Shown piece after piece: positions 8,990-18,174 of a DNA stretch of 64,000 nt. A program made the translations under genes and the position numbers. Within the stretch, counting starts at the first letter, position 1, and each line of letters opens with the position of its first letter. The notes under the pieces are model-generated. The model did not search any database. It saw nothing but the letters and a program-made list of their open reading frames with translations, and had not been told where the DNA came from. The stretch is from an uncultured Pseudomonadota bacterium. Its GTDB lineage: Bacteria > Myxococcota_A > Polyangia > Fen-1088. Location: positions 544,001 through 608,000 of the forward strand of contig CAWKBC010000027.1 of NCBI GenBank assembly GCA_963847705.1, given 5' to 3'.

Positions 8990-11566
8990 ATGCATCACCG
9001 CGCCCCCCGCCTTATTCTTTCGGTTCTCCTCTCGCTGCTCATGTTTCGCCACGCTGTCCTGGCGGCCGGTCCTCCGCCGCAACCGAACGCCGCGCAGATC
9101 GCCCTCGGCCTGCGCAAGCTCGGCGTCGCCGGCAGCGTCCTCTACGTGGCGGCGCACCCCGACGACGAGAACACCGCGCTGCTCGCCTATCTGGCCAACG
9201 GGGCGCTCTTGCGCACGGCTTACCTGTCGCTCACCCGGGGTGACGGCGGCCAGAACCTGATCGGCTCCGAGCAGGGGCCGGCGCTGGGCCTCATCCGCAC
9301 GCAGGAGCTGCTGGCGGCGCGCCGGATCGACGGCGCGGAGCAGTTCTTCACCCGCGCGCGCGACTTCGGCTTTTCCAAGAGCCCCCAGGAGACGCTGCGC
9401 ATCTGGGGCAAGGACGCCGTGCTGGCCGACGTGGTGGCGGTCATCCGGAAGTTTCGCCCCGACGTGATCGTCACCCGCTTCTCGCCCGAGCCGGCGGAGA
9501 CGCACGGGCACCACACGGCCTCGGCCATGCTGGCGCTGGAGGCGTTTCATGCGGCCGCCGATCCCAAGTTTCACCCCGAGCAGCTGGTGGGCGGCGTCGG
9601 CGTCTGGCAGGCGCGGCGGATCTTCTGGAACCGATCCTCCTTCTTCATCAAGCCGACCGACGACGTGAGCGGCGACGCCAAGCTGGACGTCGACGGCTAC
9701 AACCCCCTCCTGGGCGAGTCGTACGGCGAGATGGCCGCCGACGGCCGCAGCATGCACAAGAGCCAGGGGTTCGGCGTGGCGCGCACGCGCACGCCGATCG
9801 TCGAGTACTTCAAGCTGCTGGCGTCGTCGGACCCGAAGGAGATCGGGGCCGGGAAGCCGCTGGCGGGAATCCTGGCCGGCATCGACGTCACGCTCAAGCG
9901 CTTCGCCGGGGCGGCGCGGCTGCGGGGCCTGGTCGACAGGGCGATCGCGAAGTTCGACCCTGCCGCGCCGTACGCCTCGGTGCCGGCGCTGGCCGCCGTC
10001 GACGGCGCGCTGTCGGAGATCTCCGACGCCGGCTGGCGTGGGGAGAAACAGCGCGAGGTCGGCGAGCTGGTCGTCGCCTGCGCAGGGCTGTTCGTCGAGG
10101 CGACGGCGGCCGATTACCGCGCGGCGCCCGGGACGGCCGTCGAGATCACGGCCACCGCCGTCGACCGCTCACCGGTGGCGGTGACGCTCGACGAGGTCCG
10201 GTTCCCGTTCGAGGCCACCGGTCATGCCGTGGCGCACAAGCTGGAGACGCCGAAGCAGGACGGGCAGCGGATCTCCGGCGCCGCGGCCCCCTTCGAGCTC
10301 AAACAGAGCGTGAAGCTGCCTGCCGAGCTGGCCCCCACGACGCCGTACTGGCTCGAAGCGCCGCCCGACGCCGGCCTCTATCACGCCGCTCCGGCGTTCA
10401 TCGGCCTGCCCGAACGCGCGTCGCCCGTCGAGGTCACGTTCGGCTTCACGATCGGCGGTCGCCGTTTCACCGTCGCGCGTCCGGTCAGCTACAAGTGGAC
10501 CGATCCGGTGATGGGGGAGCGCTATCGGGCGCTGGAGGTGACGCCGGCGGTGTCGGTTCGCCCCGAGACGAGCGTCTTGATGTTCCCCCGCGGCGCGGTT
10601 CAGACGCTCACGGTGCGATTGGTGGCGGGCGTTGCCTCGGCATCAGGCCTGCTGCGTCCCGAGGCGCCGGCCGGCTGGACCGTCGAACCGGCCTCCGCGC
10701 CGTTCACGCTGGGCGCCGTGGGGAGTGAAGCGGTCGTGAGCTTTCAGGTGCGCGCCAATGCCGGTGCTGGAGCCTCGCCCGCCCCGTTGCAGGTCGTCGC
10801 CGAGCTCGCTGGCGCCCGTCTGTCGCGGGGCGTGGTTCGGATCGAGCACCCGCACATTCCGATCCAGACCTACCTCGTCGCCGCCGACGTCCAGCTGGTC
10901 CCGGTGGATCTCGCCATTGCCGGCAAGCGGATCGGTTACATCCCGGGACCGGGCGACGAGGTCCCAGCCAGCCTGCGCCAGGTGGGTTACGAGGTGACGA
11001 TCCTCGGCGATGAGGCGCTGGCCGCCGGCGCGCCGGCGCTCGGGCGCTTCGACGCGATCGTGGTCGGCGTCCGCGCCTTCAACACCAACGAGCGGCTGCG
11101 CGCCGCGCACGCCGTGCTCATGGCCTACGTCGAAAACGGCGGGACGCTGGTGGTGCAGTACAACACCAACAACCGACTGGCGGCGCTCACCGTCCCGCTC
11201 GGACCCTGGCCGTTCGACATCGGCCAGAAGCGCGTCACCGACGAGACGGCGGCGGTCACCTTGGCGGCGGCCCGTCACCCCGCGCTCACCACGCCGAACC
11301 TGATCGGCCCCAAGGATTTCGAGGGTTGGGTGCAGGAGCGTGGTCTCTATTTCGCCGACAAGTGGGACAGCCACTACGAGACGCCGCTCTCGATGCACGA
11401 TCCCGGCGAGCCGCCGCAATCAGGGAGCCTGCTCTGGGCGCGCTCCGGGAAGGGGACCTTCGTCTACACCGGCCTGGCCTTCTTCCGGCAGCTCCCGGCG
11501 GGCGTGCCGGGGGCCTATCGGCTGTTTGCCAACCTGCTGGCCGGCGGACATCCGCGGGCGCCCTGA
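8990..11566 (+). CDS. Exported PIG-L/LmbE-family deacetylase or amidase with long C-terminal extension
   Basis: Signal peptide; AAHPDDE, TRGDGGQN, RTQEL, DFGFSK, HGHH, RSMHKSQGFG. The C-terminal region (IGYIPGPGD...QERGLYF...FFRQLPAGVPGAYRLFANL) resembles a class I glutamine-amidotransferase-like fold. Confidence 0.88.
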   Translation: MHHRAPRLILSVLLSLLMFRHAVLAAGPPPQPNAAQIALGLRKLGVAGSVLYVAAHPDDENTALLAYLANGALLRTAYLSLTRGDGGQNLIGSEQGPALGLIRTQELLAARRIDGAEQFFTRARDFGFSKSPQETLRIWGKDAVLADVVAVIRKFRPDVIVTRFSPEPAETHGHHTASAMLALEAFHAAADPKFHPEQLVGGVGVWQARRIFWNRSSFFIKPTDDVSGDAKLDVDGYNPLLGESYGEMAADGRSMHKSQGFGVARTRTPIVEYFKLLASSDPKEIGAGKPLAGILAGIDVTLKRFAGAARLRGLVDRAIAKFDPAAPYASVPALAAVDGALSEISDAGWRGEKQREVGELVVACAGLFVEATAADYRAAPGTAVEITATAVDRSPVAVTLDEVRFPFEATGHAVAHKLETPKQDGQRISGAAAPFELKQSVKLPAELAPTTPYWLEAPPDAGLYHAAPAFIGLPERASPVEVTFGFTIGGRRFTVARPVSYKWTDPVMGERYRALEVTPAVSVRPETSVLMFPRGAVQTLTVRLVAGVASASGLLRPEAPAGWTVEPASAPFTLGAVGSEAVVSFQVRANAGAGASPAPLQVVAELAGARLSRGVVRIEHPHIPIQTYLVAADVQLVPVDLAIAGKRIGYIPGPGDEVPASLRQVGYEVTILGDEALAAGAPALGRFDAIVVGVRAFNTNERLRAAHAVLMAYVENGGTLVVQYNTNNRLAALTVPLGPWPFDIGQKRVTDETAAVTLAAARHPALTTPNLIGPKDFEGWVQERGLYFADKWDSHYETPLSMHDPGEPPQSGSLLWARSGKGTFVYTGLAFFRQLPAGVPGAYRLFANLLAGGHPRAP

Positions 11567-11567
11567 G

Positions 11568-11729
11568 ATGGCTCCCGAGCTGGAAGACGACGGCAAGGAG
11601 CCCGCGGCGCGCGCCGAGCTCGACGACGCGCCGCCGTTCCTCACCTGGCGCGCGATCTATCTCATCGTCCTCGGCGCGCTGGCTGTGGAGGTGTTGCTCG
11701 GCGCCGCGTTGACCCTGGCCGCCTCGTGA
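11568..11729 (+). CDS. Small single-TM membrane protein (53 aa) coupled to the symporter
   Basis: MAPELEDDGKEPAARAELDDAPPFLTWRAIYLIVLGALAVEVLLGAALTLAAS; starts 1 nt after the PIG-L stop and overlaps the symporter start (GTGA). Confidence 0.7.
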   Translation: MAPELEDDGKEPAARAELDDAPPFLTWRAIYLIVLGALAVEVLLGAALTLAAS

Positions 11730-13441
11730 GCACGCTCGACTGGGCCGTCCTGTTCGGGACGCTGGCCGCCATCGTCGCTTACGGCATCTGGAAGACGCGC
11801 GGCCCGTCGAGCATGACCGACTACGTGCACGGCGGTTACCGCGACCGCTGGCTGACGATCGGCCTCGGCGTGATGGCGACCCAGGCCTCGGCCATCACCT
11901 TCCTCTCGATGCCGGGGCAGGCCTACGAGGACGGCATGCGCTTCCTGCAGTTCTACTTCGGCCTGCCGATCGCGATGGTGATCCTCTCCGTCGCCTTCAT
12001 CCCGCGCTTCTACAAGCTGCGCGTGCTCACCGCGTACGAGTACCTCGAAGGGCGCTTCGATCTGAAGACGCGGCAGCTGGCGGCGCTCCTGTTCCTCCTC
12101 CAGCGCGGGCTCTCCGCCGGGATCACCATCTACGCGCCGGCCATCGTGCTCTCCAAGGTGCTGGGCTGGCCGCTGAACCTGACCTGCGTGGTGATCGGTG
12201 GCCTCGTCATCCTCTACACGGTGGCGGGTGGGACGCGCGCGGTCAGCCAGACGCAGCGGCAACAGATGGTGGTGATGCTGGGCGGGATGGTGGTGGCGTT
12301 CGTGGTGATCGTCCACAAGCTGCCGGCGGAGCTGTCCTTCCGACACGCGGTGTCGCTGGCCGGGACGCTGGGGAAGATGAACGTCGTCGACTTCTCTCCC
12401 GATCTCGGGAACCGCTACACCTTCTGGTCGGGCCTGGCCGGCGGGGGCTTTCTGGCGATGGCCTACTTCGGGACCGACCAGTCGCAGGTGCAGCGCTATC
12501 TGTCGGGAAGGTCTGTGACGGAGAGCCGGCTGGGGCTGCTGTTCAATGGCCTGCTCAAGGTCCCGATGCAGTTCCTGATCCTCTTCGTCGGGGTGATGGT
12601 CTTCGTCTTTTATCAATTCAACCAGCCGCCGCTCTTCTTCAACGAGTCGGAGCTGGCGCGCGTCGCCCAGACCTCGCGCGCGCCAGAAATGCAGGCGCTG
12701 GAGGCCGAGCACCGGCTGGCCTTCGCCAGGAAGCGCGTCGAGGTGGCGCGGCTGGCGGCGGCGCTCGACGGGGGGGACGCACCGGCGATCGCGGACGCCC
12801 GCGCGGGCCTGCGCGCGGCGGCCGCCGGCTCGGAGGCGATTCGTGAGAGGGCGCGGAGGCTCATCGCCGCCGCGGTGCCGCGCCCCGAGATCCACGACGG
12901 CGACTACGTCTTCCTGTCGTTCGTGATGGCCAATCTGCCGCGTGGCCTCATCGGGCTCCTCCTGGCCGTCATCCTGTGCGCCGCCATGTCGTCGACGGCC
13001 AGCGAGCTGACGGCCCTGGGCGGCTGCACCGTGGTCGACTTCTACCGGCGCAGCTTTCGCCCGGAGGCCACCGACGCGCACTACCTGCGGGTCGCCAAGA
13101 TCGCCACCGGCGTCTGGGGGCTCCTGGCGGTGGCCTTCGCCGGGTTCGCCTCGCTGGTCGACAACTTGATCCAGGCGGTCAACATCCTCGGCTCGCTCTT
13201 TTACGGCACCATCCTGGGGATCTTCCTGGCGGCCTTCTTCTTTCGCCGCTTGCGGGCGACGCCGGTCTTCGTCGCCGCGATCGTCTCCGAGTTGCTGGTC
13301 GTCGGGCTCTGGCTGGGGACGAAGATCGGATTCCTCTGGTTCAACGTGATCGGCTGCGGCGCCGTGTTGCTCTTGTCATTGCTGCTGAGCGGGTCAGACT
13401 TCGGCCGCCACTCAACCCGGACCAGGGAGCCCTCCCCATGA
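11726..13441 (+). CDS. Sodium:solute symporter (SSS) family transporter
   Basis: Many TM helices; MATQASAITFLS.PGQAY, TAYEYLEGRFD, YFGTDQSQVQRYL, AAMSS. Confidence 0.92.
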   Translation: MSTLDWAVLFGTLAAIVAYGIWKTRGPSSMTDYVHGGYRDRWLTIGLGVMATQASAITFLSMPGQAYEDGMRFLQFYFGLPIAMVILSVAFIPRFYKLRVLTAYEYLEGRFDLKTRQLAALLFLLQRGLSAGITIYAPAIVLSKVLGWPLNLTCVVIGGLVILYTVAGGTRAVSQTQRQQMVVMLGGMVVAFVVIVHKLPAELSFRHAVSLAGTLGKMNVVDFSPDLGNRYTFWSGLAGGGFLAMAYFGTDQSQVQRYLSGRSVTESRLGLLFNGLLKVPMQFLILFVGVMVFVFYQFNQPPLFFNESELARVAQTSRAPEMQALEAEHRLAFARKRVEVARLAAALDGGDAPAIADARAGLRAAAAGSEAIRERARRLIAAAVPRPEIHDGDYVFLSFVMANLPRGLIGLLLAVILCAAMSSTASELTALGGCTVVDFYRRSFRPEATDAHYLRVAKIATGVWGLLAVAFAGFASLVDNLIQAVNILGSLFYGTILGIFLAAFFFRRLRATPVFVAAIVSELLVVGLWLGTKIGFLWFNVIGCGAVLLLSLLLSGSDFGRHSTRTREPSP

Positions 13442-14064
13442 AGATGCGATCCTCTCTCCTGATTGCCGCCGTGGCCACCCTCGGCCTCGGGGCCTTCGTG
13501 GCGCGCGCGGAGGCCAAGAAGGCCGCCACGCCGGCCGGCGCCAGCAACGGATTCCAGACCGACTTTCTCGGCCTGCTCGACGACGTGCAGAAGAAGATCT
13601 TGTCGCTGGAGGACGCCATCCCGCAGGACAAGTTCAAGTGGCGGCCGGGCCCCGGCGTCCGCTCGGTCTCCGAAGCCTTCCTGCACATCGCCTACGGAAA
13701 CTACGGTTTCACCAAGGGCGCCACCGGCAAGGCGCCGCCGGCCGACGTCGGCTGGGGAGCGGACCACGCCAAGTGGGACGCCAAGACGACCGACAAGGCC
13801 GAGATCAAGAAGACGCTCGAGGCCTCCTTCGAGCAGGTGCGCGCGGCGATGAAGGACGTCACGGACGCCGACCTCGACAAGAAGGTCAACGTGTTCGGGC
13901 ACGACCTGACGGAGCGCGCGGTCTGGATGGCGCTCCTCGGCCACCTGAACGAGCACATGGGGCAGGAGGTCGCCTACGCCCGCGCCAACGGCGTCGTCCC
14001 GCCCTGGAGCATGCCGAAGGGCGCAAATGGCGCGAACGGCGCAAACGGGGCAAACGGTGGTTGA
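13438..14064 (+). CDS. Exported DinB/YfiT-superfamily protein
   Basis: ATGA overlap with the symporter stop; signal peptide ending ARAEA; WRP..GVRS.SE.FLHIA and HLNEHMGQ..Y.R.NG.VPPWS (three-His metal site); GAN repeats at the C-terminus. Confidence 0.85.
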   Translation: MKMRSSLLIAAVATLGLGAFVARAEAKKAATPAGASNGFQTDFLGLLDDVQKKILSLEDAIPQDKFKWRPGPGVRSVSEAFLHIAYGNYGFTKGATGKAPPADVGWGADHAKWDAKTTDKAEIKKTLEASFEQVRAAMKDVTDADLDKKVNVFGHDLTERAVWMALLGHLNEHMGQEVAYARANGVVPPWSMPKGANGANGANGANGG

Positions 14065-14107
14065 CCGCCGCGGTCGCCGCCGGCGTTCAGTCACCACGCG
14101 GGCCTGA

Positions 14108-14920
14108 CTAGCGCGCCGTCCAGCCGCCGTCGATGAGCAGCGTGGTGCCGGTGATCATGGCGGCCGCCGGCGAGCAGAGGAAGACGACGGAGGCGGCGAC
14201 GTCCGCCGGCTCACCGACGCGGCCGAGCGGGATGCGCGCCAGGAGATCACGGCGGAAGTCGTCGTCCTCGAGCCACTTCACCGTGCCAGGGGTGCGGATG
14301 AAGGTCGGCGCGACGGCGTTGACGTTGATGCCGTACGGCGCCCACTCGACCGCCAGGCACCTGGTGAGGTGGGCGATGGCCGCCTTGGTCATGCAGTAGA
14401 CCGACTCGGTCGGCAGCGCCACGAAGCCAGCCTGCGAGCTCAGGCTGACGATCCGGCCGCCGCGCCCGGCGGCGATCATCGCGCGCCCGACCGCCTGGCT
14501 GACGAAGAACGTTCCCTTGAGGTTGACGGCCACCGTCGCGTCGAAGTCGGCCTCGGTCACCGACTCCGCAGCGTTGGGCGGACCGATGCCGGCGTTGTTG
14601 ACCAGGATGTCGAGGTGGCCGAAGTGACCGACCGCCTGCGCGACCGCCGCCGAGACCTCCGCCGGCCGCGCGACGTCCATCTGCAACGGCAGCGCGTGGC
14701 GGCCGAGCGCGCGGACGACGTCGGCGACATCACCCGCCGCGCCGAGATCGCGAAAGCCCAGCGCCAGATCGGCGCCGGCCCGGGCCAGGGCGATGGCCAC
14801 CGCGCGGCCGATCCCGCGCGCGGCGCCGGTGACCAGCGCGATTCGTCCGGTGACGTCGAAGGGCCGTGCGGCGTCCGTGCCGGAAGGCGCGGTCGTCATC
14901 GAGGTTGGCGTTTCATTCAT
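14108..14920 (-). CDS. SDR family oxidoreductase
   Basis: [25 protein letters not shown]. Confidence 0.9.
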   Translation of the reverse strand: MNETPTSMTTAPSGTDAARPFDVTGRIALVTGAARGIGRAVAIALARAGADLALGFRDLGAAGDVADVVRALGRHALPLQMDVARPAEVSAAVAQAVGHFGHLDILVNNAGIGPPNAAESVTEADFDATVAVNLKGTFFVSQAVGRAMIAAGRGGRIVSLSSQAGFVALPTESVYCMTKAAIAHLTRCLAVEWAPYGINVNAVAPTFIRTPGTVKWLEDDDFRRDLLARIPLGRVGEPADVAASVVFLCSPAAAMITGTTLLIDGGWTAR

Positions 14921-14936
14921 TGGCGGAAGGTATCGC

Positions 14937-14961
14937 GTAACCACCTGCGACGGGCGACGTA
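14937..14961 (+). promoter_or_regulatory. Candidate ECF-sigma promoter upstream of the bufferin-like precursor
   Basis: GTAACC-N15-CGTA ending 58 nt before ATG 15020; resembles the SigF/ECF16 consensus GTAACC-N16-CGAA (consensus recalled, match imperfect). Confidence 0.45.
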
Positions 14962-15019
14962 GCACCGGTGAACGAGGACCGGGCCGCGGTGGCCCTTCGA
15001 CCTAACCCAGGAGAGAGAC

Positions 15020-15265
15020 ATGAGCATCAAGGGAGCAATGATCGCCGCTTCGGTGGCCGGGCTGTTCACGATGGGCGTCGCCGGCATGGCTTCGGCGAAA
15101 AAGGGAGACGACGTCATGTGCAGCGGCGTCAACGCCTGCAAGGGGCAGAGCGCCTGCAAGGGTGGCGACAACGCCTGCAAGGGGAAGAACGGCTGCAAGG
15201 GGCAGGGGAACATGAAGATGAGCAAGGCCGACTGCGAGACCAAGGGCGGAAAGGCCGTCAAGTAA
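15020..15265 (+). CDS. bufA2: BufA2-like bufferin precursor peptide (Cys-rich, exported)
   Basis: SD AGGAG; signal peptide; core CSGVNACKGQSACKGGDNACKGKNGCKGQG...CETKGG with 6 Cys; directly upstream of an MNIO gene. Confidence 0.85.
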   Translation: MSIKGAMIAASVAGLFTMGVAGMASAKKGDDVMCSGVNACKGQSACKGGDNACKGKNGCKGQGNMKMSKADCETKGGKAVK

Positions 15266-15288
15266 CGGGCAAAGAGACGTGAACGACA

Positions 15289-15318
15289 GGCCGGCGGCGC
15301 CTCGACGCGCCGCCGGCC
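15289..15318 (+). terminator. Strong intra-operon stem-loop between the precursor and MNIO genes
   Basis: GGCCGGCGGCGC-CTCGAC-GCGCCGCCGGCC, a 12-bp perfect stem with no U-tract. Confidence 0.6.
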
Positions 15319-15337
15319 GCTCGTCACCCGAGACGCC

Positions 15338-16195
15338 ATGACGAACACCTCGACAGCGCAGCTGTTCCCCAACCTGGGTCGCGGCCTGGGGCTGCGGCGC
15401 GAGCACTACCAGCACGTCGTCGAAAATCGGCCGCCGGTCGGCTGGTTCGAGGTGATCTCGGAGAACTTCCTGGGCGCCGGCGGCAATCCGCGGCGCGTGC
15501 TGGAGGCGGTCCGCCGCGACCACCCGGTCGTCCTGCACGGCGTGTCGCTGTCGATCGGTTCGACCGACCCGCTCGACGAGCGCTATCTCACCGAGCTGGA
15601 CGCGCTGGCGCGGGCCGTCGAGCCGGCCTGGATCTCGGACCACCTCTGCTGGGGCGCGGCGCACGGGATCAACGCGCACGATCTGTTGCCGCTGCCGTAC
15701 ACCGAGGAGGCGCTGGCCCACGTCGCGCGCCGGGTGGAGATGGTCCAGGAGCGGCTGGGACGGAGAATCCTGCTGGAGAACCCTTCCAGCTACCTGGTGC
15801 TCGAGGGCGACATGCCGGAGCACGAGTTCTTGGCCGCGCTGGCCCGGCGCGCCGACTGCGGCATCCTGCTCGACGTCAACAACGTCTTCGTGAGCGCCCA
15901 CAACCACGGATGGGATCCGCAGGCCTACCTGGCGGCGATGCCGGCCGAGCGGGTCGGTCAGATTCACCTGGCCGGTCATTCCGAAGAGGGCGCGCTGCTC
16001 ATCGACACCCACGACGGACAGGTCGCCGACGGCGTCTGGCAGCTCTATGCCGAGGCGGTGAGGCGGTTCGGGGCCCGATCGACGATGATCGAATGGGACG
16101 CCGACGTCCCGGCGTTCGAGGAGCTGGAGGCGGAGCTCGGTCGGGCGGCGCGGTGGGAGAAGATGGCGCTGGGGGAGCGACGCGATGCGGCCTGA
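15338..16195 (+). CDS. bufB: Multinuclear non-heme iron oxidative enzyme (MNIO, DUF692), BufB-like
   Basis: GLGLR..H, FEVISENF, LHGVSLSIG, SDHLCW, LLENPSSY, LLDVNN, IHLAGH, IDTHD, IEWD. Confidence 0.92.
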   Translation: MTNTSTAQLFPNLGRGLGLRREHYQHVVENRPPVGWFEVISENFLGAGGNPRRVLEAVRRDHPVVLHGVSLSIGSTDPLDERYLTELDALARAVEPAWISDHLCWGAAHGINAHDLLPLPYTEEALAHVARRVEMVQERLGRRILLENPSSYLVLEGDMPEHEFLAALARRADCGILLDVNNVFVSAHNHGWDPQAYLAAMPAERVGQIHLAGHSEEGALLIDTHDGQVADGVWQLYAEAVRRFGARSTMIEWDADVPAFEELEAELGRAARWEKMALGERRDAA

Positions 16196-17003
16196 GCGCG
16201 CGCCACGGCCCTCGCTGGCGGCCGTCCAGGCGGCGCTGCTGTCGCGGATCACCGGCCAGGAGCTGGGCGCGCCAGCGTGGGACACGACGTCGTTGATTCA
16301 GGGAGACGCGCGGGCGAGCGCCGAGGAGCGGCTGGCGATCTATTCGTTCATGTACGGCGCGCGCTTCGTCGAGGCGCTGGAGTCGCAGTTCCCGCGGCTG
16401 GCGCGCCAGATCGGCGCCGATGCGTTCGCCGACCTGACGGCCAACTACACGGCCGCTCGCCCGTCGCGCCACCCGTCGCTGCGTGAGCTGGGGCGCGCGC
16501 TGCCCGGCTGGCTGGCGGCGCAACAGCCCGACACACCGGCGCTGGCGGCCCTGGCGGCGCTCGAGTGGGCGCGCGCCGACGTCTACGATCTCGCCGACGA
16601 GCCCGCGATGACGCTGGAGGCGCTCCGCGCCTTTCCGCCTGAGCGCTTCGGCGAGCTGCCGCTCAAGTTGATCGCGGCGCACCGCTTCGTGGAGGTCGAG
16701 CGCGGGACCGAGGCGCTGTGGGACGGGCTGGCACCAGACGCGGGCGAAACGCCGGACCTGCTCCCGGCATCGCCGCAGGCCGGTCCGGGCGCGACGCTGC
16801 TCGTCTGGCGCCAGGAGATCGCCGTCTACCACCGCGCGGTCGATCCAGAGGAGCGCGCGGCGCTCGCCTTGATGTCATCCGGCAGCCGGTTCGGGGTCAT
16901 CTGCGACGCACTCTCCGCGGCGCATGGCGACGAGACCGCCGCGACGCGGGCGTTCGCCTGGCTCTCGACCTGGATCTCTGACGGCCTGCTGACCGAGCTC
17001 TGA
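16185..17003 (+). CDS. bufC: MNIO partner protein (DUF2063, BufC/HvfC-like)
   Basis: ERLAIYSFMY..RF.EAL...FP, F..L...Y....PS....L...G, LAALEWA; overlaps the MNIO stop. Confidence 0.85.
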   Translation: MRPERAPRPSLAAVQAALLSRITGQELGAPAWDTTSLIQGDARASAEERLAIYSFMYGARFVEALESQFPRLARQIGADAFADLTANYTAARPSRHPSLRELGRALPGWLAAQQPDTPALAALAALEWARADVYDLADEPAMTLEALRAFPPERFGELPLKLIAAHRFVEVERGTEALWDGLAPDAGETPDLLPASPQAGPGATLLVWRQEIAVYHRAVDPEERAALALMSSGSRFGVICDALSAAHGDETAATRAFAWLSTWISDGLLTEL

Positions 17004-17023
17004 CACCTTCCGCCTCAGTCGCG

Positions 17024-18154
17024 CTACAGCGCCAGCGGCAGCGCCGGCGGTTGCAGCGGCGTTCCGCCGCCGCCGATGGTGCTGGGCGCGTTGTTGTCGA
17101 CCACCGCCAGCGCGCCGAACAGACGATCCATGTCGCGCGCCCAGGGGGTGTCCTTCGACGACGGCGTCATGCTGAATCCCCAGTCGCTCTGAAACTGCTG
17201 CGTGAAGTCGCCGTCAGGGCCGAGCTCGACGCAGAGAGCGTAAACGGCCCAGGCGGTGTCGTCGACCACGTAGGCGCCGTAGTTTTGCAGCGTGAAGCCC
17301 AGGGCGGCCGCGGCGGCCGTCTCCAGCCCCAGGCCGGCGACGTCGGTGCCGATCGGGATCGCCAGCAGGGCGCCCGGCTCGAGCGCGGCGTTCGGCCCGC
17401 CGTAGCTCGTCGTCGCGTAGGTGTCGGCCTGGATGGCGGGCCAGCGGTAGCAGCTGCTGTACGTGGCGCACCTGCCGTAGTTGATCGCAGCGTCGAGCTC
17501 GATCTTGAGCGCGTGCCGCACCGGCGGGCCGCCCGGACGCAGCTCGCCCACCCGCAGGGTGCCCCCGATCGCGGACAGCCCCGAGCCGCCGTGCGCGCCG
17601 GTGATGCCGTCGCCGGCGATGTCGACGTCGGCGAAGTCGTAGTGCGACGTGGCCGGACCCCCGGCGGTGCAGCGCGAGAACGGCTGCGTCTGCTTGAGCG
17701 TCCGTCCGTCGGCGGCCAGGATCGCCGCCGACGCGTTCGGGGTGTTCGGCAGCACCGGCTTGAAGACGAAGTCATCCGGGACCGGCGCCGAGAACAGCGC
17801 CGGCGCCGACGCCGGACAACGATCCATCGTGTCGTTCCAGTCGGCGGTGCTGGTCATGACCGCCAGCGCCGGGGCGCCCGGCCGCATGACGATCAGATCT
17901 TGATCGACCGTCATCCCGTACGCGGTCGCCGGCGTGATCTGCGCGGCGACATAGACGGCGCCGCTGCCGATCGGCGTGTTCCAGATGCTGGTCGGCGAGA
18001 AGGGCCAATGCAGCGGATCGCGCGTCGCCGCCGCATCGACACCCGTTGCGCCGTCGTGGCTGGCCGCCCCGTCGCCAGAAGGATGACTGCCGGCCGCGCT
18101 CCCGGCGCTGCACGAGGCGGTGGCGACCAACCAGGCAACCGCGATCGCGCGCAT
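17024..18154 (-). CDS. Uncharacterised lipoprotein or secreted protein
   Basis: Lipobox-like ATASC; globular domain RDPLHWPFSPTSIWNTPIGS...GAHGGSGLSAIGGTLR.GEL...YRWPA..AD...LQNYGAYVVD; strong coding-type codon usage. Confidence 0.75.
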   Translation of the reverse strand: MRAIAVAWLVATASCSAGSAAGSHPSGDGAASHDGATGVDAAATRDPLHWPFSPTSIWNTPIGSGAVYVAAQITPATAYGMTVDQDLIVMRPGAPALAVMTSTADWNDTMDRCPASAPALFSAPVPDDFVFKPVLPNTPNASAAILAADGRTLKQTQPFSRCTAGGPATSHYDFADVDIAGDGITGAHGGSGLSAIGGTLRVGELRPGGPPVRHALKIELDAAINYGRCATYSSCYRWPAIQADTYATTSYGGPNAALEPGALLAIPIGTDVAGLGLETAAAAALGFTLQNYGAYVVDDTAWAVYALCVELGPDGDFTQQFQSDWGFSMTPSSKDTPWARDMDRLFGALAVVDNNAPSTIGGGGTPLQPPALPLAL

Positions 18155-18174
18155 GTCCCTATTTTAATCGGGGG

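Noticed and set aside
8990-11566. Calling the PIG-L protein bshB
   Set aside because: At 858 aa with a signal peptide it does not fit the short cytoplasmic BshB, so I left it without a symbol.
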